The translations under genes and the position numbers were made by a program. From sequence record OR880646.1: 64,000 nt of DNA. The stretch is one strand, 5' to 3'. Shown here piece after piece: positions 39,354 through 49,603 of the stretch; positions within the stretch are counted from its first letter, which is position 1; every line of letters starts with the position of its first letter. The notes under the pieces were generated by a model, which saw only the letters and a program-made list of their open reading frames with translations, had not been told where the DNA came from and did not search any database. This DNA is from Escherichia phage ECP2301.

Positions 39354-39566
39354 CTATTCCTTACTAAGAGCAGCATTCAGCTTATTAGTAATTTTATCCA
39401 GACGCTCATTGAACTCGCTAGAAGACAGTCCTTTTTCTGGAGAAATCAAACTAATCACGAAAAATATAGCAATAAAAGGAATAAGAAAAATAGCTCCAAC
39501 TGCCATAAACAAAAAGAATGTTACAGTTGTAAGAAAATCAGCTAAACCTTTGCGAAATTTATACAT
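39354..39566 (-). CDS. small membrane protein, 70 aa
   Basis: Single hydrophobic helix; ATG start. Confidence 0.4.
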   Translation of the reverse strand: MYKFRKGLADFLTTVTFFLFMAVGAIFLIPFIAIFFVISLISPEKGLSSSEFNERLDKITNKLNAALSKE

Positions 39567-39681
39567 ATTTTACCCTTAATTGATTAACCAAGCATTGATA
39601 AGCACTAAACTATATTGCGAATAAAATTCTGGACCAAAATGAAAAATCATATCATTTATAGTGTCCATAATATAATTCAAT

Positions 39682-40152
39682 TTAATCATGTTTCCACACC
39701 CCATCGGTATTTGACCAAAGTCGCTGATTATCTGATCCTCGCCATAGCTTTTTGGTCGGAAGATTTTTCTCATACTTCCCATCAATAATAACATCAACAT
39801 ATTTAAGCATTTCTAGTTGTTTAATATCTTCAAATTTATATCCTGTCCACAACCAAATGCTTTTATTGGGATAAAGATTTTTTACTGTTTGAACAATGCA
39901 ATGAACAACATCTCTATTATCAGGATAGAGGGGGTCTCCCCCAGTTATAGTTAATCCTTCTATATAATCATTATTCAAACATTCAATTAATTGTTCCAGT
40001 GTTTCACCAGTGAATGGAACGCCATTTCTAGCGTTCCATGTTGATTTATTATAACACCCTTCGCATTTATGCAAACAACCTGTAACGAAAAGAACGACCC
40101 TGCATCCAGGGCCATTCACAAAATCGCAAGGATAAAATCTATCATAATTCAT
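39682..40152 (-). CDS. nrdG: anaerobic ribonucleotide reductase activating protein (radical SAM), 156 aa
   Basis: CxxxCxxC cluster (CLHKCEGC); 156 aa; overlaps nrdD stop. Confidence 0.9.
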   Translation of the reverse strand: MNYDRFYPCDFVNGPGCRVVLFVTGCLHKCEGCYNKSTWNARNGVPFTGETLEQLIECLNNDYIEGLTITGGDPLYPDNRDVVHCIVQTVKNLYPNKSIWLWTGYKFEDIKQLEMLKYVDVIIDGKYEKNLPTKKLWRGSDNQRLWSNTDGVWKHD

Positions 40153-41966
40153 TGGTGTTTAACCCTATGCATGATTTCTTTATTTTTGCCAAGATTAAAT
40201 CCACGTTCGTTCGGATTTCCCAAATAACCACAAGTTCTTCTTATTGTGTTCATCTTTTTAGGATCAGTTTCTCCACAAATAGAACAAACAAACCCGTTTT
40301 CAGTAGGAGTCATTTCATGGGTACTTCCACACGTAAAACATTTATCTACTGGCATATTAACGCCAAAATAATCTAAATGTTGTGCAGCATAATCCCATAC
40401 AGCCTCAAGACCCTTTAGGTTATTTTTCATATCAGGAAGTTCAACATAAGAAATGTGACCACCTGTCGCAATGAAATGATATGGTGCTTCGCGAGAAATC
40501 TTTTCAAACGGTGTGATATTTTCTTCTACTGAAACGTGGAAACTATTAGTGTACCAGCCTTTATCAGTAACATCTTTTACACTTCCATATTTTTCAGTAT
40601 CAAGTTTACAGAAGCGATAGCACAGGTTTTCAGCAGGAGTAGAATACAAGCTAAAAGCAAAACCGGTTCTTTCAGTCCACTGCTTAAGACGAGCATTCAT
40701 TTTAGTTAAAATTTCCTGTCCAATATCACGACCGACAAGAATATTCAATTCGTGAATACCAATGTATCCTAGGGACACTGAACTTCTACCGTTTTTAAAT
40801 AACTCAATTATGTCGTCATCGGGTTTAAGACGAACCCCGAATGCACCTTCTTGGTAAAGAATAGGAGCAACAGTCGCTTTAACTCCTTTTAAGGAACTAA
40901 TTCTACACATCAAAGCTTCAAAACACAAATCCATTCGTTCATTGAACAATTCGGCAAATTTCTGTTCATTGAATTGTGTTCCAATATAAGAATCTAACGC
41001 AATACGAGGAAGATTCAGTGTTACAACGCCAAGATTATTACGTCCATCAAGAATTTCATTACCAGTCGAATCTTTCCATACGCTTAAGAAACTACGGCAA
41101 CCCATTGGAGAAACAGGAATAGATGAACCGGTGATAGCTTTATTGTTCTTAGCTGAAATAATATCAGGATACATTCTTTTGCTTGCACACTCTAGAGCAA
41201 GCTGCTTAATATCATAGTTCGGATCGTCTTTATAAAGATTAACACCTTCTTCAACGAACATAACAAGCTTAGGGAAAATAGGAGTTATCCCATCGCGACC
41301 AAGGCCTTTAATGCGATTTTTCAGAATTGCTTTCTGAATCATTCGTTCAGTCCAGTCAGTTCCCGTACCAAATGTAATTGTTACAAAAGGCGTTTGTCCG
41401 TTTGAACTAAAGAGAGTATTTACTTCATATTCATAAGCTTGGAATGCGTCGTATACATCTTTTTCTGTTTTAGATTGGGCATAATTCAACGCATCAGCGA
41501 TTTGCCATTTTTCTGCATCCTCAATATGTTTTGCATAGGTGCGTTTAACATAAGGAGAAAGTACTTTATCTACATTCGCAAAAGTCGTTCCGCCATATTG
41601 ATGGGAAGCAACCTGTGCAGTAATTTGTGCCATAATTGCAGTAGCAACGCCGATTGATTTAGGAGTTTCAATCTGTGCATTACCGAGCTTAAATCCGTTT
41701 TCAAGCATTCCTTTTAAATCTACTAAACAGCAATTAGTAAATGGAAGAGCAGGGGAATAATCAATATCATGGAAATGGATAATTCCGCTTTCATGCGCTT
41801 TCATAATAAAAGACGGGACCATATTTTTGGCAATGTGTTTAGACACAATACCAGCCATAAGGTCCCGTTGAGTTGGAAAAACACGAGAATCTTTATTAGC
41901 ATTCTCGTTCAAAAGGTCTTTATTAGTTTTATGAATCAATCCTTCAATTTCTTTTTCAATTGTCAT
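40149..41966 (-). CDS. nrdD: anaerobic ribonucleoside-triphosphate reductase, uninterrupted, 605 aa
   Basis: 605-aa ORF with C-terminal zinc-ribbon and glycyl-radical region (RTCGYLG); single continuous frame. Confidence 0.94.
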   Translation of the reverse strand: MTIEKEIEGLIHKTNKDLLNENANKDSRVFPTQRDLMAGIVSKHIAKNMVPSFIMKAHESGIIHFHDIDYSPALPFTNCCLVDLKGMLENGFKLGNAQIETPKSIGVATAIMAQITAQVASHQYGGTTFANVDKVLSPYVKRTYAKHIEDAEKWQIADALNYAQSKTEKDVYDAFQAYEYEVNTLFSSNGQTPFVTITFGTGTDWTERMIQKAILKNRIKGLGRDGITPIFPKLVMFVEEGVNLYKDDPNYDIKQLALECASKRMYPDIISAKNNKAITGSSIPVSPMGCRSFLSVWKDSTGNEILDGRNNLGVVTLNLPRIALDSYIGTQFNEQKFAELFNERMDLCFEALMCRISSLKGVKATVAPILYQEGAFGVRLKPDDDIIELFKNGRSSVSLGYIGIHELNILVGRDIGQEILTKMNARLKQWTERTGFAFSLYSTPAENLCYRFCKLDTEKYGSVKDVTDKGWYTNSFHVSVEENITPFEKISREAPYHFIATGGHISYVELPDMKNNLKGLEAVWDYAAQHLDYFGVNMPVDKCFTCGSTHEMTPTENGFVCSICGETDPKKMNTIRRTCGYLGNPNERGFNLGKNKEIMHRVKHQ

Positions 41967-42436
41967 TTTAAACTCTTTCTAAGCTGCTTCTTAAATGAAG
42001 CTATTAATTGTGTTTTAGTGTCAGATTCATTATATTCAAATCCTCTTTGAAGCATCTCAGCCATCATTTCCTCTTTTCCTAAACGAGAAAATTCCTTTGA
42101 TTTATCTCCAACGAAGTTAGGGTGAATATTATTTTGGGTGTAATCGGATTTTAAATAAGTAAGTAAATTTTCTAACCATTCAAGATAATCAACGCCTTGT
42201 CCCTTTAAGCCAGAACGATTAAATTTGTGCTTCATTTGACCTTCCGCTGCATTGCAAAGATTACAGAGCAATCCACGCACCTTTCCTGCTTTTGGTCCAT
42301 TTAATTCATGGTCATGGTCAAGGTGATTAGCTTGAACATCAGGATTTAATTCTCGTTGGCAAATTAAGCATTTACCGTTTTGTGCATCATAAAATTTCTG
42401 TTTTTCTTCTTTATATAATTTGCCAGTCAATAACAT
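41963..42436 (-). CDS. 49: endonuclease VII (Holliday junction resolvase), 157 aa
   Basis: 157 aa with CxxC zinc site (CLIC...CNLC) as T4 gp49. Confidence 0.9.
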   Translation of the reverse strand: MLLTGKLYKEEKQKFYDAQNGKCLICQRELNPDVQANHLDHDHELNGPKAGKVRGLLCNLCNAAEGQMKHKFNRSGLKGQGVDYLEWLENLLTYLKSDYTQNNIHPNFVGDKSKEFSRLGKEEMMAEMLQRGFEYNESDTKTQLIASFKKQLRKSLK

Positions 42437-42485
42437 AATAAAACCCTTACCTTAAATAGATAAGGGTATTTATTATTTTCAAGTA

Positions 42486-42950
42486 TTAAAACGCTCGGTC
42501 AGAAAAAGAAATTTGAGTTTCAAGCCATTCAATGTATTCTGCCGCAGCTTGCATCAAATTTCCTTCATAACCATCGTTATTTTCTTGTGCAGCTAATTTA
42601 GCTAATGCATATGAAATGCGTTCACCTTGAAAAGCGGCTTTAGGTTTATGAATAACTTGATCAACTCGTTCTACGACCTCTTCAATTTCGCCATTTTCTA
42701 CTGATTCAGTATTCCACAAGCACCAATACGTAATTGGCTTATCGTAGATGTTAATAACCTTTCCGCCAGAAAGTTCAATTTCAATAATTCCAGTATCAGG
42801 TTCTATATCATCTTCGCATTCTTTTGCAAGTTCACGAACTTTAAAGACAGTACCTGCACTAAGTTCCGGCCAATAATTACACAGCCCTTTATCAGCACGA
42901 TTAATTCTAAACCACTTATCTACTGTAATCATGTCCCATCTCCATATCAA
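42486..42950 (-). CDS. hypothetical protein, 154 aa
   Basis: ORF, ATG start. Confidence 0.45.
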   Translation of the reverse strand: MIWRWDMITVDKWFRINRADKGLCNYWPELSAGTVFKVRELAKECEDDIEPDTGIIEIELSGGKVINIYDKPITYWCLWNTESVENGEIEEVVERVDQVIHKPKAAFQGERISYALAKLAAQENNDGYEGNLMQAAAEYIEWLETQISFSDRAF

Positions 42951-43055
42951 TTAAGTCATTTATCGTTGGTTCATTATATACTGTTTCTTCATCAGTGTAA
43001 ACCGGTTCTTCCGGCTCTGGCTCTACTGTTTCCCATCTAGCCGCCCACCAAGGTT

Positions 43056-43376
43056 TTATAGCGTAATCCATTCTCGTATTGTCTGAGTTACTACACGTTC
43101 ACGGGGCTCGACTAGTTCAACAGTCGGAACTGCATAATACCAGTCAGAATGGTAAGAACCTGAGCGAGATTCATTTACAGACACATGAACGTTATGTTTT
43201 GGACTAAAATAAACACACTGACGATATTGGCATTTACCATCTTGCACCCAGTCTTCTATTTCGATAGGTTTAAGATAATCCGAAAAATCGAAATCATAAT
43301 TTTCTGAAAATGCATCATGGTCTTCGATGATTTCGCTCAGAACTGCATCAACATCTAATTTATTTTCAATAGTCAT
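43056..43376 (-). CDS. hypothetical protein, 106 aa
   Basis: ORF, ATG start. Confidence 0.4.
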   Translation of the reverse strand: MTIENKLDVDAVLSEIIEDHDAFSENYDFDFSDYLKPIEIEDWVQDGKCQYRQCVYFSPKHNVHVSVNESRSGSYHSDWYYAVPTVELVEPRERVVTQTIREWITL

Positions 43377-43386
43377 TTGTCACCAA

Positions 43387-43596
43387 TTAATTTCGCAATT
43401 TATTAAGTTCTTCGTAATCAATCCAGGATTCTAGTCCTGATGGCAAATCAGATTCAATTTCCCAAAGAAGCTCTTCAATTTTCTGAAGACGATCTAATTC
43501 TTCAGCTGGAATAGTAACCATTGACGGAGTTCTTGATACGCTAATATCGTAAATCATATTTACCCCAGTTTGACCATACAATCGCCATATTTCCAT
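43387..43596 (-). CDS. hypothetical protein, 69 aa
   Basis: ORF. Confidence 0.35.
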   Translation of the reverse strand: MEIWRLYGQTGVNMIYDISVSRTPSMVTIPAEELDRLQKIEELLWEIESDLPSGLESWIDYEELNKLRN

Positions 43597-43775
43597 TTAG
43601 AAATAGACTTTTCACCATTAGAATAATAAACTTCAAGTTTAGCACGGTTATTTTTAATTTGAATAACTTTGGCTGTCATCAAAGTTCCATAACCATAGTA
43701 AACTGCGACTTCATCACCTACATATACCGCGCTTCCGCGGTAGTCATGGATATAATCAGTCCCTTCGAGCATCAT
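43560..43775 (-). CDS. hypothetical protein, 71 aa
   Basis: ORF. Confidence 0.35.
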   Translation of the reverse strand: MMLEGTDYIHDYRGSAVYVGDEVAVYYGYGTLMTAKVIQIKNNRAKLEVYYSNGEKSISKWKYGDCMVKLG

Positions 43776-44035
43776 TTAAAGTATTCCCGCAATTGGTCAA
43801 ATCCACCAATATGACTTCCATCAGGAGCAAATACTTGTGGCATCGTCAAACCAATTTGAGTATCACGACCTAGTTTCGTCAGAAGCTCAGCGATTTTCTC
43901 ATCATCAAAAACACCTTTTTCCGGCATAATGTTGATAAATTCAAATGGCTGTTTCTTTACAGTCAAAAGACGTTTTGCATTATCGCAATACACGCATTTA
44001 TGGATGTTGCTATCATAACCATATACTTTAAACAT
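43772..44035 (-). CDS. nrdC: thioredoxin/glutaredoxin NrdC (CVYC active site), 87 aa
   Basis: CVYC motif; 87 aa as T4 NrdC. Confidence 0.88.
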   Translation of the reverse strand: MFKVYGYDSNIHKCVYCDNAKRLLTVKKQPFEFINIMPEKGVFDDEKIAELLTKLGRDTQIGLTMPQVFAPDGSHIGGFDQLREYFK

Positions 44036-44036
44036 A

Positions 44037-44279
44037 TTATTCCTTAATTCCTAGTACTTGTTTAAAAGTCTCATCGTAATCAAGACTTTGGCCAGTTTGT
44101 TCTTTATGTTTGTATATAATATCACTTACTTCTGATAGCATATTTTTATATGAACGGGTTATAGCAGATTTAAGCACGCTGTATCTATCAGGAAATTTAC
44201 CATGTTCATTATAATACGCTATTGCTAATTCACGGACTGCTTTTTCAGCAGTCTCCATATATTCTTTACGCTTGGTCAT
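44037..44279 (-). CDS. hypothetical protein, 80 aa
   Basis: Start moved to internal ATG, removing overlap with upstream ORF. Confidence 0.4.
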   Translation of the reverse strand: MTKRKEYMETAEKAVRELAIAYYNEHGKFPDRYSVLKSAITRSYKNMLSEVSDIIYKHKEQTGQSLDYDETFKQVLGIKE

Positions 44280-44280
44280 T

Positions 44281-44649
44281 TTAATCCAAAATATTATTAG
44301 GCATTGGTTGAACACTCGCAAGTTCTTTAAAGAACTCAGTAGAGTCAGGTAATTTAACCATTTCCGGAGCATGCTTGCTAAATTTGTGTTTACAATGACG
44401 GCATTTATATTCAAGTTCCGGTTTACGCCAGTTAATCAATTGAACCTGTTCAGTACCGCATTCAGGACAATTAGGAACGTTTTTAGAAGCCCTTTCGCGA
44501 CGTTCAACCATAGCCATAATAGCATCCCAGGCTGGAGGTTTAAAATCTAAATCGTCAGTAACTAACAGTCCTTTATCAAACCCAGCGCATGGAGTCCATT
44601 CAGGAAAATCTGAAGCTTCGGCAATATCTTCTAATAGACGCTTTTTCAT
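44281..44649 (-). CDS. zinc-ribbon protein (CPECG...CRHC), 122 aa
   Basis: Four-Cys motif; ATG start. Confidence 0.45.
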   Translation of the reverse strand: MKKRLLEDIAEASDFPEWTPCAGFDKGLLVTDDLDFKPPAWDAIMAMVERRERASKNVPNCPECGTEQVQLINWRKPELEYKCRHCKHKFSKHAPEMVKLPDSTEFFKELASVQPMPNNILD

Positions 44650-45575
44650 TTCAATACCTCAATAGCATTACGTAAACCATTTGCTTTTGCATTAAGAGCT
44701 TTTAACAATTTGGTGTGTTCGGCAATCTGGGCTTCAACTTCAATCAAACGAGCATTGAGATATTCACGTTCTTCGCTCAAGTTATCAATCTTTTCTACTT
44801 TAGGCTCTTTTACAACTGTCTTATATGTATTAGGGTTCTTCAGTTTAATTAGAATACGTGAACTGTATAACATTGAACCATTATCTTCGATTTCGTCATA
44901 CATTTCTACTACGTCCATGATTTTTAACATCATGCGGAGTTTATAAGACAACGAACGAATAGTTTTGTTGTGCTTATTAATTTCTTTAGAGTTCATGGTG
45001 CCAAGATTACGTGAGTAATAATAAGGAACCTGGATATTAATTAACACTGATGAACCACCTGGCTTGTGTGTTACTTCATCAGCAATAACCCAATCCTTAA
45101 CATGAACTGTATTTGTACGGTCATCACCAGCAGTAAATAGTTTGCGAGCATGCTTAAAAAGCATATTCACTTGGTCATTGAATTGACAAGCAAATTTATC
45201 AGCAAATTTAGTTTCAGGAATGGTAGATAACCAATCAGCCAAGTGGGTCTTTTTAACATCGTTAACAATAGTAAATTCAACCAAATCGGTTATAGATGTT
45301 GCAGATTTAATGAAGCTCGGCTTCATAAAGTTTTTAATGTTATCGCGAGCTACAGTAGAAGATAACATACGAGAACGTTTAAACCATTCAAGCAAATTGC
45401 CCAATGAATGAGAATAGGCGTTTTGAGTATCTTTACAGATATGATTTTCCTGGCCAACATATTGAAGGAAATCACGAAGAATATTATTGATTACTGCTCT
45501 GTGTCCGATCTGATAATTACGGTGTTTAGTAATAAGACTGTCAAAATAATCAATATAATGTTTACGAGTTTTCAT
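44646..45575 (-). CDS. hypothetical protein with C-terminal coiled coil, paralog family member 1, 309 aa
   Basis: One of four consecutive ORFs with similar size and C-terminal heptad-repeat tail. Confidence 0.5.
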   Translation of the reverse strand: MKTRKHYIDYFDSLITKHRNYQIGHRAVINNILRDFLQYVGQENHICKDTQNAYSHSLGNLLEWFKRSRMLSSTVARDNIKNFMKPSFIKSATSITDLVEFTIVNDVKKTHLADWLSTIPETKFADKFACQFNDQVNMLFKHARKLFTAGDDRTNTVHVKDWVIADEVTHKPGGSSVLINIQVPYYYSRNLGTMNSKEINKHNKTIRSLSYKLRMMLKIMDVVEMYDEIEDNGSMLYSSRILIKLKNPNTYKTVVKEPKVEKIDNLSEEREYLNARLIEVEAQIAEHTKLLKALNAKANGLRNAIEVLK

Positions 45576-45627
45576 GTTCTTCTCACTTGGTTAATGATTT
45601 ATACTCCGAGCCATCCTTGGCTTTAAA

Positions 45628-46629
45628 TTACTTAATTAACTGTAAAGCTTGTTCAAGACGATCCAGGCGATTAACAGATTCTTCCCAAATCCTTTTAGCC
45701 TGCTCATATTCTTTCTGCGCTTTATTAGAAATTTCTAGAACTTCTTTATAAGCTTTTTCTAGTGCAATAACTTCTGGACGAATTTCTACCGGTTCAGGTG
45801 AATCGTCAAGACATTCCATTAGTTCCTCAAGGGTAGTTTCTTCTTTAGGAGTATTCACAATTTCTTCACATTTTTGTTGGTAAATTTCTTTATCAGTCGG
45901 TGAGTACGCACATTTCACTTCACGAAGGCTAATTATAATTTTATATCCTTCCCAACCACACATATTTTTGAAAGGATATGTATGAATACTTTTTACAGTT
46001 TCCATACAGCCCAAAGCCGCCTCTAATTGATAAGTTATAGTGCTAGCAATTGAGAAAAATTTATTAATATTCTTTTGGTTAGCGTTTGGTGTAAAAAATC
46101 CATAATTCACAAAAATAGCTACTTTATTTTTATCAAGCTCATATTCTTTTACGATAATCATATCAGAAGCCAAAGGATGAATTTGACGATAATCGCCATA
46201 ACATAATTTAGAAGCGGATTTTAGAAGTTGCTTCTTGAAAAGTCTGAAATTACTAATCCAACGACGAGTAAAAATATTCTCAGGGTCTTCTTTATTATTA
46301 AGATGATAAGAATTAACATCACCGAACCAATTATATCCTACTACATCTTTAGTTCGTTTAATTTCTTTCCCAAATTTACTAAGAATATCTCTGTTGACTA
46401 AGTATGAAAGAAGACGAGAACCTTTAAAGGTTTCCTTAATATCATCTTTATATTCGCAACTAGAAATTTTATGAACTTCATGAATAAATTTGCCGGAAGA
46501 AACAATACTTGCATCAGTATTGTTGAGCCACTGATTGATAATAGAAAGAACACTATTCTGACTAGACATAGATTTAACTTTATCATCAATAACGCTATTG
46601 AATGATTTGATATATTCGTTACGAGTCAT
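45628..46629 (-). CDS. hypothetical protein with C-terminal coiled coil, paralog family member 2, about 333 aa
   Basis: Start moved to ATG downstream of the early promoter, GGAGA SD. Confidence 0.5.
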   Translation of the reverse strand: MTRNEYIKSFNSVIDDKVKSMSSQNSVLSIINQWLNNTDASIVSSGKFIHEVHKISSCEYKDDIKETFKGSRLLSYLVNRDILSKFGKEIKRTKDVVGYNWFGDVNSYHLNNKEDPENIFTRRWISNFRLFKKQLLKSASKLCYGDYRQIHPLASDMIIVKEYELDKNKVAIFVNYGFFTPNANQKNINKFFSIASTITYQLEAALGCMETVKSIHTYPFKNMCGWEGYKIIISLREVKCAYSPTDKEIYQQKCEEIVNTPKEETTLEELMECLDDSPEPVEIRPEVIALEKAYKEVLEISNKAQKEYEQAKRIWEESVNRLDRLEQALQLIK

Positions 46630-46657
46630 ATTAATCTCCTCAGTAGAAAGTAAGAAC

Positions 46658-46687
46658 ATTATACCACATCCTTGTGGCGAAGTAAAC
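46658..46687 (-). promoter_or_regulatory. early promoter, near-identical copy of the rIIA.1 promoter
   Basis: CATTATACCACATCCTTGTGGCGAAGTAAACTAG vs AATTATACCACATCCTTGTGGTAAAGTAAACTA at 2427..2460. Confidence 0.6.
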
Positions 46688-47706
46688 TAGTTTAGTGCAT
46701 TTAGTGCATTGTTCAGTTTAGAACGTTGCTTCGTGAGATTTTTGACTTTTTCTTGAGCTTTTTCTAGCATCTTTTCAGCTTCTAACACTTCATTAGTTGC
46801 TTTAACGAGTTCATCATCTACTGCCTTGATAGACTTCTCAATCGCATCCGCGTGCCATTTTTCAACAGGTTTAAGACTCGGATTTTCAACAGGAAGAAAA
46901 TTCACTTTATTGAATTTCCATGCATCCTTATTACCTGAACTATACATCCAAAATTTAGGATCGTTTGATGAGTAATTGGATAAATTTAAAATATCTTGCA
47001 CTTCCTGCTTTTTCTCTTGCGGGATTTCGTCCTTTCTCAAAAAATCGTATTTAAATGAAACGATCATATCAAGTTCATATGTTGTTGTGTCTAATTTAAA
47101 TCGCTCAAAACGAGGTAAAATCTTAGACTGAACAGCGGCAACAACATCCATATACTTAAATGCTTCTGTCAACTGCGATTTAAGGCATTCGCAAATTGAA
47201 AGAGAATTTTTTGTATTAGGTTTAAAGCTAATTCGTGCAGTTCTGTTATTTTCTTTTAATGGTCTTACTTCCATCTGAAGAGTATAACCATCAAATTTCA
47301 GGTTCTTTAAGTTAATGTCAGAACCTTTTAATCGACTAGCCGTCGACAAAATTTGCTTTAATTGCTTACGGAATAGAGCAATAAATCTCCATTCAATACG
47401 ATAATGATTTGGATTGAAAAATCCAGATGATAAATCGACCTTACTCTGACCAACGCCTTGAACAAATAGAGGATTTTTATAATCAATAGTTTTACAGAAA
47501 TCGGTGAGTTGCTCACGAGCAGTCATTTGTGTAATATACCCCGCTTTACTAAAATGACGTAACCATTCACTGCTATTCATATATTTAAAGTGAATATCAC
47601 GATTAACTTTATCAGGGTCTAAATTATTTTGGCACAAAAATGTCATAACATCACGAGTATAGCTGGCATTACGAACCATATCTTCAATTTGAGAACGAGT
47701 TTTCAT
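46687..47706 (-). CDS. hypothetical protein with C-terminal coiled coil, paralog family member 3, 339 aa
   Basis: ORF, ATG start. Confidence 0.5.
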   Translation of the reverse strand: MKTRSQIEDMVRNASYTRDVMTFLCQNNLDPDKVNRDIHFKYMNSSEWLRHFSKAGYITQMTAREQLTDFCKTIDYKNPLFVQGVGQSKVDLSSGFFNPNHYRIEWRFIALFRKQLKQILSTASRLKGSDINLKNLKFDGYTLQMEVRPLKENNRTARISFKPNTKNSLSICECLKSQLTEAFKYMDVVAAVQSKILPRFERFKLDTTTYELDMIVSFKYDFLRKDEIPQEKKQEVQDILNLSNYSSNDPKFWMYSSGNKDAWKFNKVNFLPVENPSLKPVEKWHADAIEKSIKAVDDELVKATNEVLEAEKMLEKAQEKVKNLTKQRSKLNNALNALN

Positions 47707-47714
47707 GGTGTTCC

Positions 47715-48605
47715 TTAAGATTTAAGTAAATCGACAATTTTAATTAACTTTTCACGCTCAGATTTAGCTTTACTACTCAGTCCAGATAGTCTGAAAATTT
47801 CATCATCATATTGTTGAATAGAAATATTCAGCTCTTCAATCTGTTTATTAAAATAATCAATTTGTTCAGAATGTTTTTCGTTACTACGAACTGGTACAGG
47901 TTTCGTAGGCAATGTAGTTGAACTGGATTCATCCGGGCGATAAATTAAAATACAACTTGAACCAATAGGGCATTTTGCACCAGATGAATATTCTAATGTT
48001 CCAGCTTCTTTTAAAACTTCAAAAGCTAAACAGAGATGATGCCCCATATTGACATAATCTGTAGAGCGAGCTCTGATATAATAATCATCGCCACGAATAC
48101 TAAATTTAAAGCATTTAAGGTCTTCTGTATTATTGGTCTTAAAAATCATTTGTTTATCTAGACCTTTAGCTAATCGAGCGCCTAATGCTAATAATCGTCT
48201 TTGATTTTCCCACAAATCCGCAATCATTTGATCGAATGATAATTTTGGCATCAGTCGACCGTAAAGGTCATATCCTTTATTATAATTACGAAGGATTTCA
48301 CTCGCATTAATACGAGATAATGCTCCAATTTTATTAAGGGCTTTCATAATGCGATTAGATAAACTCATTCCAGATCCGTTTGTTCGCTGCAAATGTTTTT
48401 CTAATCCAAATCCAATATCAACTTTAAACTTATCTAAAATTTCTGCATGAACATCTCTGTCGATAACATTCAAATCCAAAGTTGAGTTAAATCTATGAAA
48501 AAATTTATCTGGCTCTGCACTGCGAAATACAGTCCATTCATTCATCATTTTTTTATTAACTAAAGATTTAATTACTGCATTGACATTATTAATTACTACT
48601 GACAT
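47715..48605 (-). CDS. hypothetical protein with C-terminal coiled coil, paralog family member 4, about 296 aa
   Basis: Track start is TTG; moved to ATG with GAGGAAAA SD. Confidence 0.5.
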   Translation of the reverse strand: MSVVINNVNAVIKSLVNKKMMNEWTVFRSAEPDKFFHRFNSTLDLNVIDRDVHAEILDKFKVDIGFGLEKHLQRTNGSGMSLSNRIMKALNKIGALSRINASEILRNYNKGYDLYGRLMPKLSFDQMIADLWENQRRLLALGARLAKGLDKQMIFKTNNTEDLKCFKFSIRGDDYYIRARSTDYVNMGHHLCLAFEVLKEAGTLEYSSGAKCPIGSSCILIYRPDESSSTTLPTKPVPVRSNEKHSEQIDYFNKQIEELNISIQQYDDEIFRLSGLSSKAKSEREKLIKIVDLLKS

Positions 48606-48612
48606 ATTTTCC

Positions 48613-49020
48613 TCACTCAATTTCAATTTTACTAAATATACAGAATAAGATGGAACAGACTATATAAGCACCACACACAGATTGAACTAATACCATTCCA
48701 AAGAACCAAACAATATTATCAAACAATGTCTGTTTTACGTCGAAAGGACGTAAACTTACAGTAATATTATCACCTTTTTCTATTGAAGAATACATCTCTG
48801 GGGAAATATATTCACTAAATCTATAACCGTCTTTGAGTTCATATACGGCAATAAACGATAAACTAGACCCTTTTCCTTGTGTTCCTGTAATGGTATTAAC
48901 TACAGTAACATCATAATCTTTATAATGCATATAATCATTAATTGCGTAATAACCATATGCAACTACTACACATAAACAACATATCAATAAATTCAATCTT
49001 TTAATTATCAACTGTTTCAT
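48613..49020 (-). CDS. membrane protein, 135 aa
   Basis: Two hydrophobic segments; ATG start. Confidence 0.45.
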   Translation of the reverse strand: MKQLIIKRLNLLICCLCVVVAYGYYAINDYMHYKDYDVTVVNTITGTQGKGSSLSFIAVYELKDGYRFSEYISPEMYSSIEKGDNITVSLRPFDVKQTLFDNIVWFFGMVLVQSVCGAYIVCSILFCIFSKIEIE

Positions 49021-49075
49021 AATAATCTCAATTAAAAGGGCTTAGAACCATTATACCATCCTTGGTATAAAGCGG

Positions 49076-49603
49076 TTATGCGAGTACCGTCTTTAACCGT
49101 TCTTCAAACTTCCGAAGAGTATTTTGGCGTTCAGCTCTTTGCTTTTTGTAAGTTTCAATACGCTCTGAAATGAGAGTGTATCGTTCATTTACTGATTCTT
49201 TCATAAAATCAGGAATTTCACGAGAAGCTTTAATCTCGTCAAATTTATCAATAACAGCTTGCTCTTCAGCAATTAAGTTATCATACATTAAAATATCTTT
49301 CTTGATGAACTCAATATCTTCTTGAGTTACACGAGATAATTTAGATGCTTTATCCTTTTTGTACTGTTCATTAGTATCACGAGACCAGTGTAATGTACGA
49401 TTTTTATTCGTATTCTTGTAAATTTCTACAATACCGATCTCATCAATAATAACGATCCAATTCCAACGGGATTTGTAAATTTGTCCTCCATCAACAGTGA
49501 TTTCACCTCCGATTGAGATGTCATTAAAGAACTTGCTTTGTGCTTCAGATTTAAATTTACCATCGTTGTAATTTACCAAGTTGAAAATATCTTTAGCGTT
49601 CAT
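49076..49603 (-). CDS. hypothetical protein, 175 aa
   Basis: ATG with GGAGGA SD and repeated early-promoter cassette upstream. Confidence 0.5.
   Translation of the reverse strand: MNAKDIFNLVNYNDGKFKSEAQSKFFNDISIGGEITVDGGQIYKSRWNWIVIIDEIGIVEIYKNTNKNRTLHWSRDTNEQYKKDKASKLSRVTQEDIEFIKKDILMYDNLIAEEQAVIDKFDEIKASREIPDFMKESVNERYTLISERIETYKKQRAERQNTLRKFEERLKTVLA

Noticed and set aside
39576-39800. 74-aa minus-strand ORF overlapping the 3' end of nrdG by about 120 nt
   Set aside because: Overlap is in a different frame of a conserved gene; only a 36-aa remnant downstream of the nrdG stop would be non-overlapping, with no clear SD.
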